From positions 7,316,001 through 7,380,000 of the forward strand of contig OX597820.1 in NCBI GenBank assembly GCA_951406725.2: a DNA stretch of 64,000 nt, given 5' to 3'. How positions within the stretch are numbered: position 1 is the stretch's first letter; each line of letters begins with the position of its first letter. The translations under genes and the position numbers were made by a program. Shown piece after piece: positions 43,958 through 56,522 of the stretch. A model generated the notes under the pieces. That model worked only from the letters and a program-made list of their open reading frames with translations. It did not search any database and was not told the origin of the DNA. This DNA is from Octopus vulgaris. Taxonomy: Eukaryota.

Positions 43958-44310
43958 TACAAATGTATATGTATGTATGTATGTATATATATATATATAT
44001 ATACGCACACAAACACTCATATTTATATGTATGTCTCTCTGCAATTAGATATATGTACACAGATAAAGATTTGAAGAATACCAACTGCTGCAAGACGTAC
44101 GAAGTTAGCGAACGTTGGAACAGGTGATTCTTTGCAACAATGAGTCTTAAACTCCGCACAACACACCGCCGTACTCCGCCATTTTACCTTAGGCACTGAC
44201 ACACGAAACTGTGCTTCATGTGTAACAGGAGAAGTGTACGAGACAGAAACAAATGCACACATACAAACATATCTATCATTCCCTACCTTTCTCTCTTCAT
44301 ATATATACAC

Positions 44311-44344
<34 letters not shown>

Positions 44345-44356
44345 TGTATATGTATG

Positions 44357-44406
<50 letters not shown>

Positions 44407-44690
44407 GACACTATATATGTATGTCTCTTGCAATAAGATATATGTACACAGATAAACATCTGAAGAATACCAACTGTTGCAAGACGTACAAAGTTAGCGA
44501 ACGATGGAGCAGGTGATTCTTTGCAACAATGAGTCTTAAACTCCGCACAACACACCGCCGCACTCCGCCATTTTACCTTAGGCACTGACACACGAAACTG
44601 TGCTTCATGTGTAGCAGGAGAAGTGTACGAGACAGAAACAAATGCACACATACAAACACTTCTATCATTTCCCACTCCTCTCTCTCTCTT

Positions 44691-44725
<35 letters not shown>
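43958..44725. repeat. Tandem duplication of a ~385-bp unit with internal microsatellites
   Basis: Unique cores ~44030-44300 and ~44415-44695 are highly similar (gaagaataccaactg..ttaaactccgcacaacacaccgccg..ttaggcactgacacacg). Confidence 0.9.
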
Positions 44726-44744
<19 letters not shown>

Positions 44745-44859
44745 AGGTAGATTTTATGAAGCATTGTGAGGTTTCATTTTACACAACTACATTCTTTAAA
44801 ATATATATACATACATATACACATGTATATATATGTATATTCATACATACGTGGATATG

Positions 44860-45110
44860 GCCGACGAATCCCTTCACGGTTTTAGGCAAACACGCACAAA
44901 CACATGTACTCGGAGGTACTCGTATTTTTCACGACCCGCAAATGCATGTTCTTCCTAAGCTGAGCACCTGGGAACGTATTGCAAGGCAATCCATTGCTGT
45001 TACACCAAGAATATTTCTTCAGTCCAAGATACGATCCATTGGGAATATGTTCATCGAAGTCAGACACTTCCCCGTCGAATCAGGAAGCGAAACATATGTT
45101 GTGATATTTC
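44860..45110 (+). mobile_element. Possible old PLE 3' end (GIY-YIG tail plus decayed hammerhead at 45051-45104)
   Basis: TVLGKHAQTH..FHDP..WERIARQSIAV, then tcat-CGAAGT..cttcc..ggaagc-GAAA-catatg-TT-gtga. Confidence 0.35.
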
Positions 45111-45144
45111 TGTGCGTATATATATATATAACCTAGCATACACA

Positions 45145-45196
<52 letters not shown>

Positions 45197-45383
45197 TACT
45201 TTCGAATGGAAAGAGGTCGCACATTCACAGGAATGCATTTTATCCAAGCGATCACCGCTTTATCTCCATATCGATTAACATACTTGGAATTCATCAATTT
45301 GTGTCAGGATTACTGTTAATACTTTTCAAGTTCCAGTCGTCATCATAAATGTTTTCATCCAAAATTTTGATAATAAAGTATCA

Positions 45384-45681
45384 GGAAAATGGAGAGTTTG
45401 AACAGAGAAAAAATCGATTTATTTATATCACAGTCAATTTCATATCGCCTACGTAGGTTTCAATTTCTTACCATCATATTTTGCAATTAAGATTATATTA
45501 TGCATTTAAATAGTAAAAATCTCTTCAGGGCAAAGCTAACAGAAACTGAATTTTTGTCAATTTTGTCGTGAAAAGATTTTTATGAATGATGGTAAGTAAT
45601 TGAAACGTACGTAGGCGTTATGAAATTGTTTACGATGTAACTGAATTGATTTTTTCTGTCTTTAAACTCACTATTTTCCAT
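45384..45681. mobile_element. Inverted PLE-type repeat pair
   Basis: 45384-45535 is the diverged reverse complement of 45560-45681; the right arm has an internal deletion. Confidence 0.75.
45445..45533 (-). ncRNA. Type I hammerhead motif with long stem II
   Basis: Reverse complement: ttgcc-CTGAAGA-gatttttact...ggtaagaaatt-GAAA-cctacg-TA-ggcga. The sister arm has GAAA-cgtacg-TA-ggcg. Confidence 0.68.
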
Positions 45682-46152
45682 ATATATATATATATATGTG
45701 TGTGTCTGTGTGTGTGTGTGTATGTATGTGTATGTATGTATGTATGTATGTATGTATGTATGTATGTATGTATGTATGTATGTATGTATGTATGTATATA
45801 TGTATGTACGTATATATGTATCTAAGTATGCACTTAGATATGAAATGTCCTGGAACATGTATCACCTAGCTCTCTAATAGATAGATAGATAAGTATGTTT
45901 ATAATGATGGACAATTGAGACAACGGATTTTGAATGCGGAAATACAATACGTTTTACATCTTTCATAATTTAAAATAGAGAAGATTGGAACACGGACCGT
46001 AGTTCCATGTCGGTTCTGTAGAGAATTGTCCTTAGGATTGTTTATGCCCATCGCTGTTCCTTGGCATACATAACATCGTCCAAACTCCATTTGAAAGATT
46101 AGGGTTTACTATTTATGTTAGGGATTACTCATGTATGGCGGTATGAATATAC

Positions 46153-46209
<57 letters not shown>

Positions 46210-46479
46210 CGCGTGTGTGTGTGTGTGTGTGTGTGTGTGAGTATGTATACATGATTTACTGATTTATCAATACTCGTGTAGCATCACTGCAAGCATTCAT
46301 GCAATCTGCGTTTGGTATTTGATAAACGAGGATACATGATATAGCGATGCCCCCAAATATATCACATACAGACGCATATGCAACAAGATTTTACACAAAT
46401 CAACATTCAAGAGTTGTTGAAAATCTGTTGACATATATACTCCATACAATGCTTTATGTATTCCACGAAGATATTGCAG

Positions 46480-47040
46480 AGTTATAGCGTCATTAATTTC
46501 AAAGTTAGTACTAGATTTTAACTCGCCATGTCACTTTAAACCCCATTTGTTGGTCCAAGATGCAGAACCAGTGTGGTGTTCGACCTGTAGATTGAGTAAT
46601 TATAAATTTTGCCATGAACCAATGTCTTCTACCGAGCAGGGCTTCATGCATTTCAAGAGAAAATTTTGTATTAATGTCTCTGAAATATTCCTGACAAATG
46701 TGAGTCATGCCAGCATTTCTCTCTTTCATTCCAGTCTTAGAGCTTTCAACAACTTCGCTGGGGTTTATCTGTTGTATAGAAACAAACCTCACTGTGAAGG
46801 ACCTTTGGATTACAAATACTTCAATAGCGAATGAGAATCAATGAGGAAAGATCAGCGCAGATCGATAAATGTGATCGCTGATGACAAATAGCTTCCTTTA
46901 GAATCGAAATATCTGTAAGTGTTATGGACCCTGCACTTTTGTCCAGACCAAAAATGAAAGAAATAAGGACCAAAGTGATATCTCGATTTTATGTTGGGGT
47001 CAAGCTACATGCTATTGAGGTTTGGCGGAAAAGGCTGATA
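46480..47040 (-). pseudogene. Possible highly decayed Helitron Rep fragment
   Basis: Fragments LFRQ, KIE, ILKEAI, VIQRSFT..QQ and QSTGRTPHW occur in the order of Helitron Rep motifs LFQQ/KIE/L.DAI/VILPSSFT/Q.RGLPH. Confidence 0.4.
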
Positions 47041-47169
47041 AACAGGATGTACAAAACATAATTCATTAATATTTTATGATCACACAGCTACAAGCTCAAA
47101 CTCACCTATATGTTGATGTTTGTAGACATATACATACTCACACAAATACATACATACCTGTACGTACAT

Positions 47170-47225
<56 letters not shown>

Positions 47226-47309
47226 ACTGTAAGTATGTATGTAAATTTTTCCAAATTGAGGCAGGTAAAGGAAATGGAAAAATTAAAGGTAGACGGAAAG
47301 AGAGAATAA

Positions 47310-47505
47310 TCTTTCCCTTATGGGCACAAGGTCTGAAGAGTGGAGGGTGCTGATCGATTACATTGACCATAGTGTTTAATTGGTCTTTATTTCATCGACC
47401 TCGAAAGGACGAAACGCAAAGCTGGCCTCGGCAGTATATGGGTTTAGAACGCAAAAAGGGACGCGTTTTGTCCGGAATATTAACGATTCTGCCAACTCAC
47501 CAACT
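47310..47505 (-). mobile_element. Degenerate tRNA-derived SINE
   Basis: atcgacctcgaaaggacgaaacgcaaagctggcctcggc..taacgattctgccaactcacc is the reverse complement of the SINE head and body. Confidence 0.75.
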
Positions 47506-47555
47506 TCACAATAATAATAATGATAAGAACAACAAAAATAATAATGATAATAATG

Positions 47556-48080
47556 ATTTCATCTATTTGCCACAAGGGCGAAGGATGAGGGGGACAATAC
47601 AGAGACAGGCATAAAGTGTGGGCGTTGACATAAAATAAGGAAATGATAAAAAGAAAAGGTAGGTATACACGGTATACACTGAAAAAGGAGGGACATAAGT
47701 ATACATACAAAAATTAGAAAACAAAAATAAGTGTGGAGGACGATAGAGATGTGGCCCTCCTGATACAGGAACGCCTCCAGGGATAATACAGGAACTCCAC
47801 TGTCTGAGATTTCCCTGAAAGCCGAGGAGCAAGTGCTTGCTCCAATTCTTTCTCTCCGACTCACAGGTCTACACTTAGAGAGGTACCATCCACTCTTGCC
47901 ATTTCGCAACTTACACCCACCTTTCAATAAACTCACTCGAGGACAGCACTTCCCTCTCCACTCTCAGTTTCCTTTTCAAGAGAAACTTAAAGAAGTCAAT
48001 GAGAGCTCTACCAAAGAGGAATACATCTTCATGCCTTTGAGCCTTGAAACCAAAGAACCTCTTTCGCCACAGCCACCAGA
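47556..48080 (-). mobile_element. 5'-truncated L1/Tx1-like LINE 3' end
   Basis: VAVAKEVLW..RLKG..ALIDFFKFLLKRKLRVEREVLSSSEFIERWV..ARVDGTSLSVDL*. 3' UTR ends tgtccccctc..gcccttgtggcaaatagatgaaat, followed by (ATT)-like repeats. Confidence 0.7.
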
Positions 48081-48107
48081 CAAGAAATACACAAATACAT
48101 ATACACT

Positions 48108-48154
<47 letters not shown>

Positions 48155-48160
<6 letters not shown>

Positions 48161-48522
48161 GGCAGTTTGTCTGTGCGTGTTTCTGTGTGTCTGTTTGCTT
48201 GTACCTCACCCTGACCACGGCTTTCAACCGATTCTGATGAAACTTGACACACACATAGCCCAATGTCATAATTCAAAACTAACGCAGCGAAAATTTTGAA
48301 AAGTTCCCCCAGTTCTGAAAAATCGATAAATTCGACATGGGGTCGAGAATCAAAAACCCAAACCACAGACCGTCTAGGGGATGCAACTCCACCTTTTTTG
48401 CACTTCAAAAAAAAACCATAATTTTTTTTCCATTTTTTTGCTATTTTTTGGCTATAACTCTCTAAAAATGCTTTATAGTTATTTCCCTTACAAACCTGAG
48501 CAACGCCGGGCGATACTGCTAG
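48155..48522 (+). mobile_element. Non-autonomous Helitron-like element
   Basis: 3' hairpin cctgagcaacgccggg, then cgatactgCTAG|T terminus. No TIRs. Inserted in a TA tract; second copy at 43655. Confidence 0.8.
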
Positions 48523-48606
48523 TATATATATATATATATATCAATATCTATCTATCTATCTATCTCTCTATCTATCTATCTATCTATCTATCTATATGTC
48601 TGTCTA

Positions 48607-48674
<68 letters not shown>

Positions 48675-48836
48675 ATGTATGTATATAAGTATATGTCTAT
48701 GTGTGTATTTATATACTACAATCTGTAGTTATTTGTTTGCAGTTACAATCAAATAAAAGGCCAAATACTTTTACTTATAGCATATATGTAAGCATGTGTG
48801 TGTATGTACATAAATACATATATATATATACATATA

Positions 48837-48867
<31 letters not shown>

Positions 48868-48878
48868 ATACATGTATA

Positions 48879-48911
<33 letters not shown>

Positions 48912-48922
48912 GTATGTATGTA

Positions 48923-48981
<59 letters not shown>

Positions 48982-49107
48982 GTATCTATCTATCTATGTA
49001 TCTACACATCTCCCTCTTCTTTTCTCTTTCTCACTATATATATGTATACATCTTTCTGCCTCTACATCCATCCATCTATCTGTCTATGTATGTATGTATG
49101 AATGTAT

Positions 49108-49194
<87 letters not shown>

Positions 49195-49840
49195 CACATA
49201 TATATATATGTATATGTACATACACATACACACATACGTATGTATGTGTATGTTAGTATGTATATTCTACGTGTGTGTACGGATGTAGGTACACACTGTG
49301 TGTGCTCATGTGTGTTTGTATAGACTGTACGTGTATGCACACGCCTGTGTAAACGGGGGGAGGGGGTGAGTGCGTTAAGTGGGATGCGTGTGCGTACTCT
49401 GCAACTTGTACAAACTACATTATTTACTCCACAGTGTTATTGACTTAGTACATATGTTATGCTGCGGACATTAAAACACACACACACACACACACACCGT
49501 GTTCTGTTATAGTAGTTCTACGTGTGTGTACGGATGTAAGTACACACTGTGTGTGCTCATGTGTGTTTGTATAGACTGTACGTGTATGCACAGCGCTACA
49601 GCTTGTTCCACATGCACTATTGCCTACATTAACATGTATTCACAATGCACATGTACAGATATGCATACAAAACGATATCACGTCAAGAGCGGTCTATTCA
49701 TTCGGTCACGTATGAATTCGTGTGTATATGAATGCACTTTACATAGGACACATCTATATGCATATACAGGCATAGAGAGCTGGATAGGCAGGTTTTCACA
49801 GGCATATGCATATCTATTTATATGTATTTATGTTCCATAT

Positions 49841-49873
<33 letters not shown>

Positions 49874-49898
49874 CACCTATATATACGTATATATATAC

Positions 49899-49929
<31 letters not shown>

Positions 49930-49983
49930 TGCATATATATATTTATATATACATATGTATGTATATAAATGCGAATATATATA

Positions 49984-50038
<55 letters not shown>

Positions 50039-50051
50039 TATAGACATATAC

Positions 50052-50083
<32 letters not shown>

Positions 50084-50149
50084 GTATGTATGTATATAAA
50101 TGTATGTATATAAATATATGTATGTATATAAATGCGAATATATATAATG

Positions 50150-50231
<82 letters not shown>

Positions 50232-50520
50232 CATGTATGTATGTATATACGTATCTGAATATACTATATAAGCATTTACATTCATATATAAACACATACA
50301 CAAACACTCACACCCCCACACACCCACACACGCACACACCCACACACATATATATATATATACATATATATTTATATATATGTGTGTGTATATATATGTA
50401 TATATACAGACATACATTTATATATATATATGCATGTATGTATATATATATGTATATATATATATATATATATACATACATATGCTTGTTGATGTTGGTA
50501 TAAATATTTATCTGTACATC

Positions 50521-50560
<40 letters not shown>

Positions 50561-50895
50561 CCTGTTTCTATATCTCTATCTATTTGTTTGTTTCTATATC
50601 TGTCTATCTATCCACCCGTTTAGACGTGTGTGTATGATGTGTGTGTGTGAGTGCGTGTGTAAAAATCCCTCCCCTCCCCTTCTGTCTCCCTGTCTTTTTT
50701 CTCACCCCTTGTTTTTCAGAATCGTCGCATCTGAGCTCTCTATGAAAACCGTGGGCGACGGCTGTTGCTCTCTCTTTTCTGTGTTGTGAGAGAGAAATGG
50801 ATTTGCACATTGAGTGCAGTGGAACTTCACCAGCGGACTGGGAATGGAATTGGTATGTTTCTGGAAGTGGTGGTGGCCGTTAATATGGAAAGAAA

Positions 50896-50946
<51 letters not shown>

Positions 50947-51411
50947 GCAGACAAACAGACATACAGACAGAGAGTGAAAAATTGTAAGAGATGGGAGAGA
51001 ACGAGAGGTAAAACGAGTGGGGGAAATGAGGGAGGAGAGGAAGAGGAATGGAAGATTTGCGAAAGGAGGCAGGAGAGGGAGAGAAGAGGGGAGTAGAGAG
51101 GAAAGTGGAGGGGAGACGGAGAGTTGAAAGAAAGAGAGAAAGAATAAAGAGAGCGATTTGAGCTTTTTAAGTTTTTTCGCTGTCGCAATTTGCAATTAAA
51201 AAAATGGAAATGCGCAATACTGTTCGAACGAATCGAATCACCTTATTGATTTGGCTTTAAATCTCTTGGAGTTGTTAATCAGAGTTTCATGTTTTCATTC
51301 TTCAAGCGAGCAAGCAAGTCATCATGGTCGGCTAGCGACATACACACTCGTGTATATATATATACATATAAATAGAGATAGATAGATAGATAGATAGATA
51401 TATAGATAGAT

Positions 51412-51454
<43 letters not shown>

Positions 51455-51459
51455 TGGAG

Positions 51460-51510
<51 letters not shown>

Positions 51511-51776
51511 AAGACATATATATATATAATCATGCGTATATGTGTTTGTGCATATACATGCAAATATATATATATACATGGCAAATGAAAGATGGAAGAT
51601 TGAATATACGAGAATTTATTAATAACGGCAATTGTTTGAACACATCTATCATCGATAGCTCACAGGATTATATATTTGTGGCACAAAATTTCTACAGGAA
51701 AAAAATAGAACAGAGACTGGTAAGGGAACAGCCAATGGGGTGTATTAGATCGACGGTCAGGAAAAAGATTCAAGAG

Positions 51777-51813
51777 TCTTCGACGTTCCGAGCTTACGGT
51801 CTTCCACAGAAAA
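51777..51813 (-). ncRNA. Decayed hammerhead-like motif (CTGTGGA family)
   Basis: Reverse complement: tttt-CTGTGGA-a-gacc-gtaa-gctc-GGAA-cg-TC-gaaga. Confidence 0.4.
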
Positions 51814-52119
51814 TTATAAAGAGGTAAAAATAGGTGTGTGAGAGGCGGCGGGCAGTCCCCATTGACATCAGAACCAGCGAGGCCGGTGAAGCCGAAGTAG
51901 TCGAAGTTTTTCGTGAAGATTCGTAAGTCTGTACCTGTGAGAGAAAATCTAAGCAGGACGGCAATTGAGATACGAATGAGTAGTAGTGGTGGGGTGAGAC
52001 ACGCTAGAGGATGAGAGCGACAGAGGTGAATGTTATAACGACAAACACTTGATATATTTTTGGCATTCATATACAAAACTATATACTATATATATATATA
52101 GAGAGAGAGGGAGAGTTTA

Positions 52120-52290
52120 GGAAAAAAACAAGAGACGAAGACAGGTGGTGTACAAAACAAACAGATGTATTAGTATAACGCTCAGGAATAGAAAAGTCTT
52201 TTACGTTTCGAGCCTACGCTCTTCTACAGAAAGGGACACAAGGAGAGAAACAAGGAGAGAAAAAATGTGTGTAGTGGCTTATCATCCCAT
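52120..52290 (-). mobile_element. Solo PLE-type terminal repeat (family of 25324-25535)
   Basis: Reverse complement is homologous to 25350-25520. Confidence 0.75.
52197..52234 (-). ncRNA. Ultra-minimal hammerhead-like motif with CTGTAGA core
   Basis: Reverse complement: cttt-CTGTAGA-a-gagc-gtag-gctc-GAAA-cg-TA-aaag. Confidence 0.58.
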
Positions 52291-52945
52291 AATTAACGCG
52301 GTTTTTTATACATTTTTTTTCAAAATTAAGATAAACGAAGTTCTTTTTTTAATCTAGAATATACTGTCCTTCATTTTCTACAATACTCTTCCATTTTTCT
52401 GGTAGATTTGCAAGGCCCCTCTTCCAAAATTCACTTGTCCGTGACAAAAAATACTCATCCAGTACTGTTCTGATCGTCTTCCTAGTTTATCCCTCCAAAT
52501 GATTTCGAACACTGCGGAATAAATGATAACCAGATGGGGCAACGTCCGGCGAATATGGTGGGTGGGTCATCGTTTCCCATTGAAACTGACCCAGCCTTAG
52601 GAATGTCATCCTTGTTGTAAGTGACCGGGAATTATCCTGATGGAAGAACGCCTTTCGTCTTGAAATCAAAGATGATCATTTTCCGATGGCACAGAGATGT
52701 CTATGGATAGTTGAATGGCCAAATACAAGATTCTCTGCCAGTTCTTCAACAGTTACGATGGGATTTTGATCTGCTAGGGTTCGCAGGACGTCCTTGTCGA
52801 ACTCTACAGACCTTCCAGGACGTGGCTCGTCTTCTAGGCTCAAGTTTCTGACTCAGAATTTCTGGAATCACCGTTGACACTGACTTACGCCTCTTATCTG
52901 ATCCCCATATACTGCGTTAATATTCCTCGCACTTCAACGCAAGTT
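52291..52945 (-). mobile_element. Internally deleted mariner relic
   Basis: NINAVYG..LEDEPRPGRS..VTVEELAE joined to FHQDNSR..HPPYSPDVAPSGYHLFRS..NHL. Confidence 0.88.
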
Positions 52946-53094
52946 ACTTTAAAAGCCTCTAACCCCAGCTAAAACCAGTCAAGTCTTTTCGTGTCTCTCT
53001 CTCAGTGTATCTCCTCACTTATGCTTGCATTTACGACTTCATAATAATCCCACGATCTCTTTATCTAAATACTAAATCAAACAAACCTTTAGCT

Positions 53095-53443
53095 GTTCTC
53101 CTGCTAACCTTATTTACTGAGTGGGCACTCCATTGGTTACGACGACCACATTTCCAGTTGATTCTGTGGAAGGAGAGTCTGCTCGTGAAATTAACGTGCG
53201 AGTGGCAGAGTACTCCACAGACACGTGTACCCCTAATGTAGTTATCAGGGAAATTCAGTTGAACGCAGAGTGTCACAAGGCCGGTCCTTTGAAGCACAAA
53301 CAAATACAACTCAATTTTGCCAGCTGTGTGGACTGGAGCAACGTGAAATAGCATTACTTAGGAACACAACTCGGCACCGAGAATCGAACTCATGACCTCA
53401 CGATCGTAAACCGAACAGGCTAACCACAAAGCCACGCGCCTTC
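53095..53443 (-). mobile_element. tRNA-derived SINE (different family)
   Basis: Reverse complement head gaaggcgcgtggctttgtggttagc..gagttcgattctc (A/B-box-like), then ttcacgttgctccagtccacacagctg. Confidence 0.7.
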
Positions 53444-53860
53444 GCTATGTTCCTCCATCACATGTAAACAGCGCAGTGCCCTCTGCATTGATTGAACTCG
53501 AAGTCACTGGTGTCATAACTTCTTCAAATATCTTGTGCTGTTGCCCTTTGTTCTTCATACCACTCCATGGCCAACCGTCCTCAGCTACCCAATTCACACC
53601 CCTTAATGTCCAAAGTTAGAGCTTTTCTCTTTAATCCCACCAAACCAAGCTTTATGATATGTGTGCTTGTGTGTGTGTGTGTGTGTGTGTGCATTTGTGT
53701 GTGTCACATAGAATGCCTTTCCGTATATTTTCCTTTCCAACTGACAGCCATGTTAAAGTGGCTACGATTATTACTTGTCATTACAACTGCTGCGTTGATC
53801 TCTTAAGGAGATTTTAGAACTTGTATTTTTGCTACTGTGTATTCGCTTAAAATATATATA

Positions 53861-54000
53861 TTGCGGGCAGAAGCGAGCTACTCCCATCTCTAGCAGACGA
53901 GGTGTCCAGTTCTGAGGAGTGGCAGTAATAGCCCGAAACCAGAACTTGTCTAATGATCCCTTCGCTAGAAGGTGATAGGGGTTCGCTTCCCTGCTCGCAA
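53861..54000 (+). other. ~140-nt predicted hairpin with a hammerhead-like core at its apex
   Basis: Pairs ttgcgggcag/ctgctcgcaa, aagcgagc/gttcgctt, tctagc/gctaga, agttctg/cagaact. Inner CTGAGGA-gtggc-agtaata-gccc-GAAA. Confidence 0.55.
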
Positions 54001-54049
54001 TTTATCGAATGCAGCTATGCATCGTTAATCAGTTAGAGGAAATGTCCTC

Positions 54050-54478
54050 TTGGGGTTAAAAATTGGAACTGCAATCAACAGTGAACATTGTGTATGTATT
54101 ATATGTGAGCGTGTTCTGCTGTCAAAAGCAGGACACGTGAATCATATGAAGTTGCATGAAAATCGAAATACCCAGATAGGTAACAACCTTGGACACCGAC
54201 TGCCTCTTATGACTCGTGTCATATGTCACAAAACTTGTAAGACGATATCTGTACTTGAAAGACATATGCTAGGTCACAAAAACATTCCTTCAGAATCAGA
54301 TTACAAAGGGCAAAGAGGTAGAAGAAACTTGAATAATATGTGTCACTTGTATTTTAAACCCTGTCAGTCAGCAGCTGGTCGTAAAAGTCATCTGAGGACT
54401 CATCAATGGATGGATTGCACTGTGTTATGGGGTATTGGTTGGACGGCTATCATCTGTCAAGATGAAGCAAGCATTATA
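54050..54478 (+). pseudogene. Triple C2H2 zinc-finger ORF, probably retroelement-derived
   Basis: CIICERVLLSKAGHVNHMKLH is intact; RVICHKTC..LERHMLGH and CHLYFKPCQSAAGRKSHLRTH each lack one Cys. No TGEKP linkers; TTG start; ends at a TA run. Confidence 0.6.
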
Positions 54479-55886
54479 TATATCATGTATGTGTGTAAGT
54501 ATGTATATGCGTTGAAACAAAAACGATAGCAGAGTGAAAGATACATGTTCGACATTCAGAAACACACACAGGCTGTTAAGTTGCTTAAGCTTCCTTGGCG
54601 AAGTAGTGTGGAACCACTGGTGAAACAGAGAACCTGAAATATGAAGGACTGAAGGAAACGCTTCGGACATGAGAAGAGTTATTTAAGACTTCAAATAGGT
54701 AAAGCTAGATCCCATGTGACATATTAATCTTTGACTGTATTTAGAAATGAGATTAAATTGGCGAATCATGACTGAGATCGAAACAGAAAATCATTTACCA
54801 TAAGAATGGAAGATGTTTGAGAGAGAAACCAACACAGAGAGAAGAGGGAATAATCTTTGCTGAATGGTAAAATAAGAATAGTTGCGACTTAGATTTACCT
54901 TTCGAAGTCGCAACTAGTTTGACTGTTGGTGGTTACTTGGATGACAAAAGTATAGAATACTTATATGGTATACATATGTGTGTATGTATATCGTATGCTA
55001 TGTTTGTATGTTTGTATATACGTATATGCATGTGAGTCTACGAGTTTATATGGATGTATGCACATACATACGTATGCGCATATGCAGATATGTTCCAATT
55101 AATCTGTCACTTGCTACATCGGATTTTATCCAACCTACAGAGGCATAAAAATTAATGAAAGAACAAAGTATTGCCTCCTGGAAAGAACGACAGTCCTACA
55201 CAAGCTGAACTCCCGGCTACAATAAGTAATCATTTTGTCTGAGTCGTCTGTAGCGTCCTGGATATGAAATGCCTTAATTCACACTGTAGCACACACCCAA
55301 TCAGGAAAACTAACACACGATCTTACAGTTGTAAAACTAACACCCTAACCAGAGGGCTATATGCTTTCATCCCTACCCACAAGGCCACACGTCAACATAC
55401 ACGTATGTATGTATGCGTTTATGCATTTACGAAACTATGTGTTTGTACATACGTAGGTGTGTATGTATGACGACGTACATGCGTGTGTATGTATGTGTTG
55501 ATGGAAGGATAGATGCAAGTATGAATGTTTATATCTAGTTACCAGTGTATGTATGTGGGTATACGTATGTATTTATACGGGGGTGTATGTGTGTGCATAT
55601 ATAACTATGTATGTGTAGATAAATGGATTGACCGATGGGGGGATGGATAGGGATATGTACGGGTATATATATATATATATATATATATAATTATTTAAGT
55701 AGACAAATGAATTATCTTATTACGGATAATTCGAAAGATAACCGATACCTGGGTATCAAACTCACAACAGAAAGTTACTACCATAGGGCATAAAATCCGT
55801 GCCTTAGTGCGGAAATTTGAAGTTTTATATATTAAGTATAGGAAAGAATGGAGCTGAACGAAGATTTAACAAAATTCCTTTATTTT

Positions 55887-55972
55887 ATTTTCGACATATG
55901 TTTCGAAGTCTGCAAAGTCCCTAATTCCGAGTGACTAAGGAGTCCATTATGCAGCTTTCTCTTCAGGAAAAT
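55887..55972 (-). ncRNA. Type I hammerhead motif with canonical core
   Basis: Reverse complement: attttc-CTGAAGA-gaaagctgca...tgcagacttc-GAAA-catatg-TC-gaaaat. 6-bp stem I, GUC site. Confidence 0.82.
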
Positions 55973-56522
55973 CCAGGAACTTAATTCTCCAACAAAATGC
56001 ACAACAAGCTTTTCGATGACTGCTCACGAGGAGCCCATAAAAGTAATGATAACAAATGTCTATTTATAGGGGTTGACGCCAGTTTGGATGAAAGCAGAAG
56101 AGATTGTCCGTTGATATAGTTCAAGGGCAGCATCAAGGTAGTAGAAGGAAGGTAAAGGAAAGTTAAAGAGTGTGAATGTATTCTGTATGACTGGTGTATA
56201 TATTTGATTAAAAATTTAAGTAAAAATTGCCTTAATGTATGTGTGTGTGCGTCTTTGAATGCGTGAAAGTGTGTGTGGAATGCAGAGAGAGAGAGAGATA
56301 GCAAGAATTAACGGTCAAGAACTGAAAGGACTGTGTCTGTGTGTTCGAATGTGACAACTTAATAGGGAGAGGGCGGCCACCCTAGCAATGACAAGATACA
56401 AGGTTACTGTCGGGATTGGTAGTAGTTCTTGGAAACTATGAGAAAGTCTTTTATACTAACAGGGATGAGGTATCACCTTTCAAATTTTTTTTAGGAAATC
56501 CAGGGGTTATCTATATTAGACT

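Noticed and set aside
48228-48300. CTGATGA...GAAA in the Helitron-like repeat (also ~43735)
   Set aside because: No stem II or palindromic stem III; ccgattctgatgaaact is ordinary Helitron-type internal sequence.
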